NCBI GenBank assembly: GCA_964247055.1
Contig: OZ176056.1
Span: 744,001-808,000, forward strand
Source of the DNA: Paragordius varius
Taxonomy: Eukaryota > Animalia > Nematomorpha
Length of the DNA: 64,000 bases
Reading direction: 5' to 3'
Part shown: positions 13,224 to 29,000 of the stretch, piece by piece
Layout of the letters: every line of letters starts with the position of its first letter
Numbering within the stretch: the first letter of the stretch is position 1
The notes under the pieces: generated by a model
What the model was told of the DNA's origin: nothing
Databases searched by the model: none
What the model saw: only the letters and a program-made list of their open reading frames with translations
Position numbers and translations under genes: made by a program

Positions 13224-15119
13224 TATACTTTGTTCAATGTCCGTTTTGGATTGATTAGTATTAGGTGAATAATTGTCATCCTTGATCTCAATAACTAATT
13301 TAACATGTTAATAAATATCCATATGTGATAAATATCAATTGACTTTTGTTAAAATATTTTTTTATTAAATTATATTTATATTAATTAATCATAAATATTA
13401 ATATTCTGAAGTATTTTAATAGATCAAAATCAGGTAAAAATATAATAATATGTAAGTGTATATATATCTTTACCGAATACAATTTGTTTACGATACACTA
13501 TATGATATATAATAAATTTCGTATAGCATTACTCAATATATAAAAACCGATCTATTGGCTTTGTAATGCAGATAATTATAAATTTTCAGCAATATTAAAA
13601 AAAAATATACCATTAGCTCATCCAATTTATTCTTGAAACTTTAAATTTACCTTCAAGTATTTTAAAACTCTAAAAATTATGTGTTTTTGAATATCTTAAA
13701 TTACGTATATTTATCTATAATAAAAATTTTATAATTTTCACAATACAGAATAAAATGCCATGGCATTTAACCAAACAATAAATAAGTTCAAAATTCTCAA
13801 GGTAAAGAGGTGTCTTATAATATAAACTAAACCTATCGATTGACTTTTAATATAAATAATACAATGATATCTTGAAAAATTTCAGATCTTTTGCAGTTAA
13901 AATAAAGTAAATAAAACGAATTTTCTATCAAATACCTAATTATAGGTTAGTCACTAAGGTTAATTATTGCGTTATTATATATTCTAAAGAAATATTAAAC
14001 CGACAAGCCTAAAATAAAATGCTAAAATATAAGAATGCCACAGATCATACTGATGATGAATCGTTTATATAATGATCGATTTTACATATCCATTTAGTCA
14101 TATTTGTTTAGCATTATAATATCAAATTTATATATTGTTGGCATTTTATAGAAACTCAAAATTTAGAAAATTACTGCATAGCTAAAGTCTAAAAAGGTTA
14201 TTGGACGGATCTGAAGTAGAGTATTATTATTGTTAAAGGTAACTAATAAATGACTGATTGTTTTTAAATCTATTTACTAACATTGACGAATCCTTACTCT
14301 ATCTAATCAGAACACCATATCACTCGAAATATAAGTTTTAGTGAAAATCTAAAGAATTTGTAAATTATTTTAAAATTAAAAATTGACATAATTTGCTATT
14401 TAAAGCAGTCAAAAAGTTTTCCTAAAACCACAAATTGGCTCAAATTACCTGTCGTTTGAGTTAGTAGAATACATGCTATAAAACTATAACTTAATGTTCG
14501 CATAATGGCATTCATCATCGGAATATTTAATAAAATACTATTTAAAAAAATATTTGGATATTCACGTTAAAAAACATTTTATAAGGTCAGATATACATAG
14601 TACAAGGTACGCTCCACTACAATGTAATATATAAACAAGTTAACAAACATTCTTACTTAAAAGTTATAACAGCCTAAGAACAAAGTTGAATTGCGTTTAA
14701 GATTCAAAAATATTTTGCAATAATACTTTGTGAACAATTTTAATTATTAAGGGATTTGTAAATCCATGCCAAATACAAGTATTTAAGCAACAATATAAGT
14801 TTTTTAGAATGAATAAATGTATAATTTGAAGCAAAAAACATCTTTTTTCACATTATTTCAGGTTAAGTATATATCTATATATACTTATTCCTGTAATATT
14901 TTAATTTTTTAGGCCATTTGTTATTTAAGTTTCGCTAATTATGGAACTTTCCAAAAAGGATGGATTAATTTATAATTGATTCCTTTAAATTGAAGGCAGT
15001 CAGCTCAGCTCAAAAAAATCGTCAAATATTTTTGATAGAGTTAAAACGCAAGACCATTACAGCCACCATATAATTAATTACATATTGCAATAAATATTGG
15101 GAAGAAGTAAAAAGTTGAA

Positions 15120-15320
15120 TCTATATATTAATAAAAATGGAAAATGCTGGCTTTGTTATCTGTTTCCGGAAAACCGGTGGACCCATTCAAATCCAAATGT
15201 CGAAAAAATAAAATCATTAATGAATGCCCCGACAATAGCTTCGCCCTTTTTTTGAATTAGGCCCCCAGTTCGGGCCCACCCCGTGTGAAAAATGGTTTAT
15301 TTTTGATAACAGAAGTCCAC
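15120..15320 (+). mobile_element. Helitron family 5' fragment
   Basis: A|TCTATATATTAATAAAAATGGAAAATGCTGGC followed by ~200 bp matching the 7005 copy. Confidence 0.8.
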
Positions 15321-15534
15321 GCATCACTTAGATTCATAAAGAAATATTATTTAAAAACGATAATATTTACATGACTTGGCATCCTGAGTCTGATGTTTTG
15401 CGTTCCTGGTATTTTTATATATGATGGTTAGTAACAACCCGCCCTCCCTAACCACCGCCAATTCATTAATATTAACGTTCATTTTTCCAGGTTTTAATTA
15501 AATAACTTTTTCAGAACATGTATTAATCAGAAAA

Positions 15535-15960
15535 TCATGTTTTAAAATTTCGTTTTCTCGATTTTGCATAAGCAAATTTTCTAATTATATCTTTTTTATC
15601 CTTTTGATCCGCCATCTCCGCTTCAATTGCTAGTAACGATATATAGTTTAACCTTTTTTCAGCAATCGTGCTTCTAATATAATTTTTAATTATTTTTAAC
15701 TTTGAGTATGAACGTTTCGCTGAAGCAACCGTAACTGGTAAAGTCAAAAACAATAATGCTGTTATAACTTCATCATAACTGGCTAAAACTGTTAAGGTAA
15801 TAAGCTCTAAGTTGCCTGGCATTGTTAATTTGAGCGATCTTATCCTTTAGCGAATTAGAAACTGACAGTATTTGAATCAAAAAATATTCACTTAAATCGT
15901 TTGGATAATTTATCATTTTTAGCTGGATTGATTACTTCACTCATTTTAGTTACTTTTCTC
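15535..15960 (-). pseudogene. hAT transposase remnant, C-terminal dimerisation domain
   Basis: The ORF contains LFLTLPVTVASAKRSYSKLKIIKNYIRSTIAEKRLNYISLLAIE, matching the hAT C-terminal pattern (LT.PVT.A.AERSFSKLK.IK.YLRS). A frameshifted upstream segment reads YPNDLSEYFLIQILSVSNSLKDKIAQ. No DDE core is present. Confidence 0.85.
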
Positions 15961-17023
15961 TTTATTCTTTGCCAGTATATTTAGAATCAGGTAAACATTA
16001 TTTACATATTAAAATAAAAAAATGTAATAATTTTGAGCCCACAAAATAGAAAGGGGAGTCTAATTTAATATAAATTATAAAAAAAGAGCCCCTATTTTAA
16101 AACTTTTTCTTAAAATAAATTTTTTTAATGTCATAGGTATTCGATATTTTGTCGCGCAATCTCGCTATTTTGATTTAATTTAGAGGAACCATTCATTTTA
16201 GGACCCGTCCGTTTTTCGCAATCCAATGGTAAGACCTAAAACGAAAGCAACATAGGATTCTTATCATTTCTTACTATATATAATTAGGTATTTTTTCATA
16301 CTACCCGCCGATTTTGTGCACATTTAAATTTTTATTCACGATTTTACAATAAAAATTATTTTCAAAAATTAAAAGACATTTAAAAAGATAACCAACTCTT
16401 TTAAAACTAGATAGTTCCTAAATAAACTAAAATAAATCTTTAAGTATATAATATGATAGTGTCATCACTTAAATCAATATACCTTACTTTGCAAAACAAA
16501 ACGGTGATAACATTTGGTTAAGACATATGGTACTCTTCTATAAAACTTATATGTTTTAGTTTTAACGTTTTGTCTACTGTATAATTTTAATTTTTAAAAA
16601 TTTATTTATTTTTGAAATAAATCTTACCAAGAACATTTAATTTGGTAAAAAAATTGAAGGTAGTATACAGAATCGCTGCGTCTGTATTAAATGATAAATT
16701 ATATTATAAAAAAACCACACAATATCTGAATATTATATACGATTAAAATTATTTATTTTTTATTTTGTAAGGTGTTATGACCCCATATTTGGGGTTATAT
16801 ATGTATTATTTAATAAAACATTAATAAATATTGGATATCAAAATAAATGTAATGGCTGCAAGTCTTTTGTAGTTTGTTTCGAGAGGTGGAGAATAAGATA
16901 TGTGACAAAAATAAGAGTGAGAAAGGCAAATTGAATAGTATGAAAAATGTGGTAATGCTATTAAGATGTTTTTGATGTATCGATAAAAAACCTTCTGGCC
17001 TAGTCTTTTATATCCACTCGTCA

Positions 17024-20000
17024 TCGAAGCCCGCGATTCAGTAACAAGATAGATGGTGTTTTAGTTGTTAACGTGTTGAGAATTGATTGAAAACAGATTT
17101 CGCCGGACAGTTTATTGTAAGACTTGGCTAACTTGAGTTTACCGTAAAGGACTAAACAGATTTAAGTATTATTGTGTACATCCACTCATCACCGAAGCCC
17201 CAATTCAGTAACAAGATAGATGGTGTTTTAGTTGTTAACGAGTTGAGAATTGATTGAAAATAGATTTTGCCGGACGGTTGATTGTAAGATTTGGCTAACT
17301 TCATACTGTAAAGGACTAAATAGATTAGTTATTTTTGCATCCACTCATCACCGAAGCCCCAATTCAGTAACAAGATAGACGGAGTTTTAGTTGTTAACGT
17401 GTTGAGAATTGATTGAAAACAGATTTTGACGGATGGTTTATTGTAAGATTTGGCTAACTTCATTTTACTGTAAAGGACTAAATAGATTAGTTATTTTTGC
17501 ATCCACTCATCACCGAAGCCGCCATTCAGTAACAAGATAGATGGTGTTTTGGTTGTTAACGAGTTGAGAATTGATTGAAAACAGATTTTGCCGGACGGTT
17601 GATTGTAAGACTTGGCTAACTTGAGTTTACTGTAAAGGACTAAACAGATTAAGGTATTATTGTGTACATCCACTCATCACCGAAGCCCCAATTCAGTAAC
17701 AAGATAGACGGTGTTTTGGTTGTTAACGAGTTAAGAATTGATTGAAAACAGATTTTGCCGGACGGTTTATTGTAAGATTTGGCTAACTTGAGTTTACTGT
17801 AAAGGACTAAACAGATTAAGGTATTATTGTGTACATCCACTCATCACCGAAGCCCCAATTCAGTAACAAGATAGACGGTGTTTTGGTTGTTAACGAGTTG
17901 AGAATTGATTGAAAACAGATTTTGCCGGACGGTTTATTGTAAGACTTGGCTAACTTGAGTTTACTGTAAAGGACTAAACAGATTAAGGTATTATTGTGTA
18001 CATCCACTCATCACCGAAGCCCCAATTCAGTAACAAGATAGACGGTGTTTTGGTTGTTAACGAGTTGAGAATTGATTGAAAACAGATTTTGCCGGACGGT
18101 TTATTGTAAAGACTTGGTTAACTTGAGTTTACTGTAAAGGACAAAACAGATTAAAGTATTATTGTGTACATCCACTCATCACCGAAGCCCCAATTCAGTA
18201 ACAAGATAGACGGTGTTTTGGTTGTTAACGAGTTGAGAATTGATTGAAAACAGATTTTGCCGGACGGTTTATTGTAAGATTTGGCTAACTTGAGTTTACT
18301 GTAAATGACTAAACAGATTAAAGTATTATTGTGTACATCCACTCATCACCGAAGCCCCAATTCAGTAACAAGATAGACGGTGTTTTGGTTGTTAACGAGT
18401 TGAGAATTGATTGAAAACAGATTTTGCCGGACGGTGTATTGTAAGATTTGGCTAACTTGAGTTTACTGTAAAGGACTAAACAGATTAAGGTATTATTGTG
18501 TACATCCACTCATCACCGAAGCCCCAATTCAGTAACAAGATAGACGGTGTTTTGGTTGTTAACGAGTTGAGAATTGATTGAAAACAGATTTTGCCGGACG
18601 GTTTATTGTAAAGACTTGGTTAACTTGAGTTTACTGTAAAGGACAAAACAGATTAAAGTATTATTGTGTACATCCACTCATCACCGAAGCCCCAATTCAG
18701 TAACAAGATAGACGGTGTTTTGGTTGTTAACGAGTTGAGAATTGATTGAAAACAGATTTTGCCGGACGGTTTATTGTAAGATTTGGCTAACTTGAGTTTA
18801 CTGTAAAGGACTAAACAGATTAAAGTATTATTGTGTACATCCACTCATCACCGAAGCCCCAATTCAGTAACAAGATAGACGGTGTTTTGGTTGTTAACGA
18901 GTTGAGAATTGATTGAAAACAGATTTTGCCGGACGGTTTATTGTAAGATTTGGCTAACTTGAGTTTACTGTAAAGGACTAAACAGATTAAGGTATTATTG
19001 TGTACATCCACTCATCACCGAAGCCCCAATTCAGTAACAAGATAGACGGTGTTTTGGTTGTTAACGAGTTGAGAATTGATTGAAAACATTTGTCGGACGG
19101 TTTACTGTAAGATTTGGCTAACTTGAGTTTATTGTAAAGGACTACACAGATTAAGGTATTATTGTGTACATCCACTCATCACCGAAGCCTAAATTCAGTA
19201 ACAAGATAGACGGTGTTTTGGTTGTTAACGAGTTGAGAATCGATTGAAAACAGATTTTGCCGGACGGTGTATTGTAAGATTTGGCTAACTTGAGTTTACT
19301 GTAAAGGACTAAACAGATTAAGGTATTATTGTGTACATCCACTCATCACCGAAGCCCCAATTCAGTAACAAGATAGACGGTGTTTTGGTTGTTAACGAGT
19401 TGAGAATTGATTGAAAACAGATTTTGCCGGACGGTTTATTGTAAGATTTGGCTAACTTGAGTTTACTGTAAAGGACTAAACAGATTAAGGTATTATTTTG
19501 TACATCCACTCATCACCGAAGCCCCAATTCAGTAACAAGATAGACGGTGTTTTGGTTGTTAACGAGTTGAGAATTGATTGAAAACAGATTTTGCCGGACG
19601 GTTTATTGTAAGATTTGGCTAACTTGAGTTTACTGTAAAGGACTAAACAGATTAAAGTATTATTGTGTACATCCACTCATCACCGAAGCCCCAATTCAGT
19701 AACAAGATAGACGGTGTTTTGGTTGTTAACGAGTTGAGAATCGATTGAAAACAGATTTTGCCGGACGGTGTATTGTAAGATTTGGCTAACTTGAGTTTAC
19801 TGTAAAGGACTAAACAGATTAAGGTATTATTGTGTACATCCACTCATCACCGAAGCCCCAATTCAGTAACAAGATAGACGGTGTTTTGGTTGTTAACGAG
19901 TTGAGAATTGATTGAAAACAGATTTTGCCGGACGGTTTATTGTAAGATTTGGCTAACTTGAGTTTACTGTAAAGGACTAAACAGATTAAGGTATTATTTT

Positions 20001-23000
20001 GTACATCCACTCATCACCGAAGCCCCAATTCAGTAACAAGATAGACGGTGTTTTGGTTGTTAACGAGTTGAGAATTGATTGAAAACAGATTTTGCCGGAC
20101 GGTTTATTGTAAGATTTGGCTAACTTGAGTTTATTGTAAAAGACTAAACAGATTAAGGTATTATTGTGTACATCCCCTCATCACCGAAGCCCCAATTCAG
20201 TAACAAGATAGACGGTGTTTTGGTTGTTAACGAGTTGAGAATTGATTGAAAACAGATTTTGCCGGACGGTTTATTGTAAGATTTGGCTAACTTGAGTTTA
20301 CTGTAAAGGACTAAACAGATTAAGGTATTATTGTGTACATCCACTCATCACCGAAGCCCCAATTCAGTAACAAGATAGACGGTATTTTGGTTGTTAACGA
20401 GTTGAGAATTGATTGAAAACAGATTTTGCCGAACGGTTTATTGTAAGACTTGGCTAACTTGAGTTTACTGTAAAGGACTAAACAGATTAAGGTATTATTG
20501 TGTACATCCACTCATCACCGAAGCCCCAATTCAGTAACAAGATAGACGGTGTTTTGGTTGTTAACGAGTTGAGAATTGATTGAAAACAGATTTTGCCGGA
20601 CGGTTTATTGTAAGACTTGGCTAACTTGAGTTTACTGTAAAGGACTAAACAGATTAAGGTATTATTGTGGACATCCACTCATCACCGAAGCCCCAATTCA
20701 GTAACAAGATAGACGGTGTTTTGGTTGTTAACGAGTTGAGAATTGATTGAAAACAGATTTTGCCGGACGGTTTATTGTAAGATTTGGCTAACTTGAGTTT
20801 ACTGTAAAGGACTAAACAGATTAAGGTATTATTGTGTACATCCACTCATCACCGAAGCCCCAATTCAGTAACAAGATAGACGGTGTTTTGGTTGTTAACG
20901 AGTTGAGAATTGATTGAAAACAGATTTTGCCGGACGGTTTATTGTAAGACTTGGCTAACTTGAGTTTACTGTAAAGGACTAAACAGATTAAGGTATTATT
21001 GTGTACATCCACTCATCACCGAAGCCCCAATTCAGTAACAAGATAGACGGTGTTTTGGTTGTTAACGAGTTGAGAATTGATTGAAAACAGATTTTGCCGG
21101 ACGGTTTATTGTAAAGACTTGGTTAACTTGAGTTTACTGTAAAGGACAAAACAGATTAAAGTATTATTGTGTACATCCACTCATCACCGAAGCCCCAATT
21201 CAGTAACAAGATAGACGGTGTTTTGGTTGTTAACGAGTTGAGAATTGATTGAAAACAGATTTTGCCGGACGGTTTATTGTAAGATTTGGCTAACTTGAGT
21301 TTACTGTAAAGGACTAAACAGATTAAAGTATTATTGTGTACATCCACTCATCACCGAAGCCCCAATTCAGTAACAAGATAGACGGTGTTTTGGTTGTTAA
21401 CGAGTTGAGAATTGATTGAAAACAGATTTTGCCGGACGGTTTATTGTAAGATTTGGCTAACTTGAGTTTACTGTAAAGGACTAAACAGATTAAGGTATTA
21501 TTGTGTACATCCACTCATCACCGAAGCCCCAATTCAGTAACAAGATAGACGGTGTTTTGGTTGTTAACGAGTTGAGAATTGATTGAAAACATTTGTCGGA
21601 CGGTTTACTGTAAGATTTGGCTAACTTGAGTTTATTGTAAAGGACTACACAGATTAAGGTATTATTGTGTACATCCACTCATCACCGAAGCCCCAATTCA
21701 GTAACAAGATAGACGGTGTTTTGGTTGTTAACGAGTTGAGAATTGATTGAAAACAGATTTTGCCGGACGGTTTATTGTAAGATTTGGCTAACTTGAGTTT
21801 ACTGTAAAGGACTAAACAGATTAAGGTATTATTGTGTACATCCACTCATCAGCGAAGCCCCAATTCAGTAACAAGATAGACGGTGTTTTGGTTGTTAACG
21901 AGTTGAGAATTGATTGAAAACAGATTTTGCCGGACGGTTTATTGTAAGACTTGGCTAACTTGAGTTTACTGTAAAGGACTAAACAGATTAAGGTATTATT
22001 GTGTACATCCACTCATCACCGAAGCCCCAATTCAGTAACAAGATAGACGGTGTTTTGGTTGTTAACGAGTTGAGAATCGATTGAAAACAGATTTTGCCGG
22101 ACGGTTTATTGTAAGATTTGGCTAACTTGAGTTTACTGTAAAGGACTAAACAGATTAAAGTATTATTGTGTACATCCACTCATCACCGAAGCCCCAATTC
22201 AGTAACAAGATAGACGGTGTTTTGGTTGTTAACGAGTTGAGAATTGATTGAAAACAGATTTTGCCGGACGGTTTATTGTAAGATTTGGCTAACTTGAGTT
22301 TACTGTAAAGGACTAAACAGATTAAAGTATTATTGTGTACATCCACTCATCACCGAAGCCCCAATTCAGTAACAAGATAGACGGTGTTTTGGTTGTTAAC
22401 GAGTTGAGAATCGATTGAAAACAGATTTTGCCGGACGGTGTATTGTAAGATTTGGCTAACTTGAGTTTACTGTAAAGGACTAAACAGATTAAGGTATTAT
22501 TGTGTACATCCACTCATCACCGAAGCCCCAATTCAGTAACAAGATAGACGGTGTTTTGGTTGTTAACGAGTTGAGAATTGATTGAAAACAGATTTTGCCG
22601 GACGGTTTATTCTAAGATTTGGCTAACTTGAGTTTACTGTAAAGGACTAAACAGATTAAGGTATTATTTTGTACATCCACTCATCACCGAAGCCCCAATT
22701 CAGTAACAAGATAGACGGTGTTTTGGTTGTTAACGAGTTGAGAATTGATTGAAAACAGATTTTGCCGGACGGTTTATTGTAAGATTTGGCTAACTTGAGT
22801 TTATTGTAAAAGACTAAACAGATTAAGGTATTATTGTGTACATCCCCTCATCACCGAAGCCCCAATTCAGTAACAAGATAGACGGTGTTTTGGTTGTTAA
22901 CGAGTTGAGAATTGATTGAAAACAGATTTTGCCGGACGGTTTATTGTAAGATTTGGCTAACTTGAGTTTACTGTAAAGGACTAAACAGATTAAGGTATTA

Positions 23001-26000
23001 TTGTGTACATCCACTCATCACCGAAGCCCCAATTCAGTAACAAGATAGACGGTGTTTTGGTTGTTAACGAGTTGAGAATTGATTGAAAACAGATTTTGCC
23101 GGACGGTTTATTGTAAGACTTGGCTAACTTGAGTTTACTGTAAAGGACTAAACAGATTAAGGTATTATTGTGTACATCCACTCATCACCGAAGCCCCAAT
23201 TCAGTAACAAGATAGACGGTGTTTTGGTTGTTAACGAGTTGAGAATTGATTGAAAACAGATTTTGCCGGACGGTTTATTGTAAGACTTGGCTAACTTGAG
23301 TTTACTGTAAAGGACTAAACAGATTAAGGTATTATTGTGGACATCCACTCATCACCGAAGCCCCAATTCAGTAACAAGATAGACGGTGTTTTGGTTGTTA
23401 ACGAGTTGAGAATTGATTGAAAACAGATTTTGCCGCACGGTTTATTGTAAAGACTTGGCTAACTTGAGTTTACTGTAAAGGATTAAACAGATTAAAGTAT
23501 TACTGTGTACATCCACTCATCACCGAAGCCGCCATTCAGTAACAAGATAGATGGTGTTTTGGTTGTTAACGAGTTGAGAATTGATTGAAAACAAATTTTG
23601 CCGGACGGTTTATTGTAAAGACTTGGCTAACTTGAGTTTACTGTAAAGGACTAAACAGATTAAGGTATTATTGTGTACATCCACTCATCACCGAAGCCCC
23701 AATTCAGTAACAAGATAGACGGTGTTTTGGTTGTTAACGAGTTGAGAATTGATTGAAAACAGATTTTGCCGGACGGTTTATTGTAAGACTTGGCTAACTT
23801 GAGTTTACTGTAAAGGACTAAACAGATTAAGGTATTATTGTGTACATCCACTCATCACCGAAGCCCCAATTCAGTAACAAGATAGACGGTGTTTTGGTTG
23901 TTAACGAGTTGAGAATTGATTGAAAACAGATTTTGCCGGACGGTTTATTGTAAGATTTGGCTAACTTGAGTTTACTGTAAAGGACTAAACAGATTAAAGT
24001 ATTATTGTGTACATCCACTCATCACCGAAGCCCCAATTCAGTAACAAGATAGACGGTGTTTTGGTTGTTAACGAGTTGAGAATTGATTGAAAACAGATTT
24101 TGCCGGACGGTTTATTGTAAGACTTGGCTAACTTGAGTTTACTGTAAACGACTAAACAGATTAAGGTATTATTGTGTACATCCACTCATCACCGAAGCCC
24201 CAATTCAGTAACAAGATAGACGGTGTTTTGGTTGTTAACGAGTTGAGAATTGATTGAAAACAGATTTTGCCGGACGGTTTATTGTAAGATTTGGCTAACT
24301 TGAGTTTATTGTAAAAGACTAAACAGATTAAGGTATTATTGTGTACATCCACTCATCACCGAAGCCCCAATTCAGTAACAAGATAGACGGTGTTTTGGTT
24401 GTTAACGAGTTGAGAATCGATTGAAAACAGATTTTGCCGGACGGTTTATTGTAAGATTTGGCTAACTTGAGTTTACTGTAAAGGACTAAACAGATTAAAG
24501 TATTATTGTGTACATCCACTCATCACCGAAGCCCCAATTCAGTAACAAGATAGACGGTGTTTTGGTTGTTAACGAGTTGAGAATTGATTGAAAACAGATT
24601 TTGCCGGACGGTTTATTGTAAGATTTGGCTAACTTGAGTTTACTGTAAAGGACTAAACAGATTAAAGTATTATTGTGTACATCCACTCATCACCGAAGCC
24701 CCAATTCAGTAACAAGATAGACGGTGTTTTGGTTGTTAACGAGTTGAGAATCGATTGAAAACAGATTTTGCCGGACGGTGTATTGTAAGATTTGGCTAAC
24801 TTGAGTTTACTGTAAAGGACTAAACAGATTAAGGTATTATTGTGTACATCCACTCATCACCGAAGCCCCAATTCAGTAACAAGATAGACGGTGTTTTGGT
24901 TGTTAACGAGTTGAGAATTGATTGAAAACAGATTTTGCCGGACGGTTTATTCTAAGATTTGGCTAACTTGAGTTTACTGTAAAGGACTAAACAGATTAAG
25001 GTATTATTTTGTACATCCACTCATCACCGAAGCCCCAATTCAGTAACAAGATAGACGGTGTTTTGGTTGTTAACGAGTTGAGAATTGATTGAAAACAGAT
25101 TTTGCCGGACGGTTTATTGTAAGATTTGGCTAACTTGAGTTTATTGTAAAAGACTAAACAGATTAAGGTATTATTGTGTACATCCCCTCATCACCGAAGC
25201 CCCAATTCAGTAACAAGATAGACGGTGTTTTGGTTGTTAACGAGTTGAGAATTGATTGAAAACAGATTTTGCCGGACGGTTTATTGTAAGATTTGGCTAA
25301 CTTGAGTTTACTGTAAAGGACTAAACAGATTAAGGTATTATTGTGTACATCCACTCATCACCGAAGCCCCAATTCAGTAACAAGATAGACGGTATTTCGG
25401 TTGTTAACGAGTTGAGAATTGATTGAAAACAGATTTTGCCGGACGGTTTATTGTAAGACTTGGCTAACTTGAGTTTACTGTAAAGGACTAAACAGATTAA
25501 GGTATTATTGTGTACATCCACTCATCACCGAAGCCCCAATTCAGTAACAAGATAGACGGTGTTTTGGTTGTTAACGAGTTGAGAATTGATTGAAAACAGA
25601 TTTTGCCGGACGGTTTATTGTAAGACTTGGCTAACTTGAGTTTACTGTAAAGGACTAAACAGATTAAGGTATTATTGTGGACATCCACTCATCACCGAAG
25701 CCCCAATTCAGTAACAAGATAGACGGTGTTTTGGTTGTTAACGAGTTGAGAATTGATTGAAAACAGATTTTGCCGCACGGTTTATTGTAAAGACTTGGCT
25801 AACTTGAGTTTACTGTAAAGGATTAAACAGATTAAAGTATTACTGTGTACATCCACTCATCACCGAAGCCGCCATTCAGTAACAAGATAGAGGGTGTTTT
25901 GGTTGTTAACGAGTTGAGAATTGATTGAAAACAGATTTTGCCGGACGGTTTATTGTAAAGACTTGGCTAACTTGAGTTTACTGTAAAGGACTAAACAGAT

Positions 26001-29000
26001 TAAGGTATTATTGTGTACATCCACTCATCACCGAAGCCCCAATTCAGTAACAAGATAGACGGTGTTTTGGTTGTTAACGAGTTGAGAATTGATTGAAAAC
26101 AGATTTTGCCGGACGGTTTATTGTAAGACTTGGCTAACTTGAGTTTACTGTAAAGGACTAAACAGATTAAGGTATTATTGTGTACATCCACTCATCACCG
26201 AAGCCCCAATTCAGTAACAAGATAGACGGTGTTTTGGTTGTTAACGAGTTGAGAATTGATTGAAAACAGATTTTGCCGGACGGTTTATTGTAAGATTTGG
26301 CTAACTTGAGTTACTGTAAAGGACTAAACAGATTAAAGTATTATTGTGTACATCCACTCATCACCGAAGCCCCAATTCAGTAACAAGATAGACGGTGTTT
26401 TGGTTGTTAACGAGTTGAGAATTGATTGAAAACAGATTTTGCCGGACGGTTTATTGTAAGACTTGGCTAACTTGAGTTTACTGTAAACGACTAAACAGAT
26501 TAAGGTATTATTGTGTACATCCACTCATCACCGAAGCCCCAATTCAGTAACAAGATAGACGGTGTTTTGGTTGTTAACGAGTTGAGAATTGATTGAAAAC
26601 AGATTTTGCCGGACGGTTTATTGTAAGATTTGGCTAACTTGAGTTTACTGTAAAGGACTAAACAGATTAAAGTATTATTGTGTACATCCACTCATCACCG
26701 AAGCCCCAATTCAGTAACAAGATAGACGGTGTTTTGGTTGTTAACGAGTTGAGAATTGATTGAAAACAGATTTTGCCGGACGGTTTATTGTAAGATTTGG
26801 CTAACTTGAGTTTACTGTAAAGGACTAAACAGATTAAGGTATTATTGTGTACATCCACTCATCACCGAAGCCCCAATTCAGTAACAAGATAGACGGTGTT
26901 TTGGTTGTTAACGAGTTGAGAATTGATTGAAAACATTTGTCGGACGGTTTACTGTAAGATTTGGCTAACTTGAGTTTATTGTAAAGGACTACACAGATTA
27001 AGGTATTATTGTGTACATCCACTCATCACCGAAGCCCCAATTCAGTAACAAGATAGACGGTGTTTTGGTTGTTAACGAGTTGAGAATTGATTGAAAACAG
27101 ATTTTGCCGGACGGTTTATTGTAAGATTTGGCTAACTTGAGTTTACTGTAAAGGACTAAACAGATTAAGGTATTATTGTGTACATCCACTCATCAGCGAA
27201 GCCCCAATTCAGTAACAAGATAGACGGTGTTTTGGTTGTTAACGAGTTGAGAATTGATTGAAAACAGATTTTGCCGGACGGTTTATTGTAAGACTTGGCT
27301 AACTTGAGTTTACTGTAAAGGACTAAACAGATTAAGGTATTATTGTGTACATCCACTCATCACCGAAGCCCCAATTCAGTAACAAGATAGACGGTGTTTT
27401 GGTTGTTAACGAGTTGAGAATCGATTGAAAACAGATTTTGCCGGACGGTTTATTGTAAGATTTGGCTAACTTGAGTTTACTGTAAAGGACTAAACAGATT
27501 AAAGTATTATTGTGTACATCCACTCATCACCGAAGCCCCAATTCAGTAACAAGATAGACGGTGTTTTGGTTGTTAACGAGTTGAGAATTGATTGAAAACA
27601 GATTTTGCCGGACGGTTTATTGTAAGATTTGGCTAACTTGAGTTTACTGTAAAGGACTAAACAGATTAAAGTATTATTGTGTACATCCACTCATCACCGA
27701 AGCCCCAATTCAGTAACAAGATAGACGGTGTTTTGGTTGTTAACGAGTTGAGAATCGATTGAAAACAGATTTTGCCGGACGGTGTATTGTAAGATTTGGC
27801 TAACTTGAGTTTACTGTAAAGGACTAAACAGATTAAGGTATTATTGTGTACATCCACTCATCACCGAAGCCCCAATTCAGTAACAAGATAGACGGTGTTT
27901 TGGTTGTTAACGAGTTGAGAATTGATTGAAAACAGATTTTGCCGGACGGTTTATTCTAAGATTTGGCTAACTTGAGTTTACTGTAAAGGACTAAACAGAT
28001 TAAGGTATTATTTTGTACATCCACTCATCACCGAAGCCCCAATTCAGTAACAAGATAGACGGTGTTTTGGTTGTTAACGAGTTGAGAATTGATTGAAAAC
28101 AGATTTTGCCGGACGGTTTATTGTAAGATTTGGCTAACTTGAGTTTACTGTAAAGGACTAAACAGATTAAGGTATTATTGTGTACATCCACTCATCACCG
28201 AAGCCCCAATTCAGTAACAAGATAGACGGTGTTTTGGTTGTTAACGAGTTGAGAATTGATTGAAAACAGATTTTGCCGGACGGTTTATTGTAAGACTTGG
28301 CTAACTTGAGTTTACTGTAAAGGACTAAACAGATTAAGGTATTATTGTGTACATCCACTCATCACCGAAGCCCCAATTCAGTAACAAGATAGACGGTGTT
28401 TTGGTTGTTAACGAGTTGAGAATTGATTGAAAACAGATTTTGCCGGACGGTTTATTGTAAAGACTTGGTTAACTTGAGTTTACTGTAAAGGACAAAACAG
28501 ATTAAAGTATTATTGTGTACATCCACTCATCACCGAAGCCCCAATTCAGTAACAAGATAGACGGTGTTTTGGTTGTTAACGAGTTGAGAATTGATTGAAA
28601 ACAGATTTTGCCGGACGGTTTATTGTAAGATTTGGCTAACTTGAGTTTACTGTAAAGGACTAAACAGATTAAAGTATTATTGTGTACATCCACTCATCAC
28701 CGAAGCCCCAATTCAGTAACAAGATAGACGGTGTTTTGGTTGTTAACGAGTTGAGAATTGATTGAAAACAGATTTTGCCGGACGGTTTATTGTAAGATTT
28801 GGCTAACTTGAGTTTACTGTAAAGGACTAAACAGATTAAGGTATTATTGTGTACATCCACTCATCACCGAAGCCCCAATTCAGTAACAAGATAGACGGTG
28901 TTTTGGTTGTTAACGAGTTGAGAATTGATTGAAAACATTTGTCGGACGGTTTACTGTAAGATTTGGCTAACTTGAGTTTATTGTAAAGGACTACACAGAT

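Noticed and set aside
16873-16951. Candidate + strand exon LFREVENKICDKNKSEKGKLNSMKNV just left of the satellite
   Set aside because: Plausible splice sites, but no partner exons or recognisable domain.
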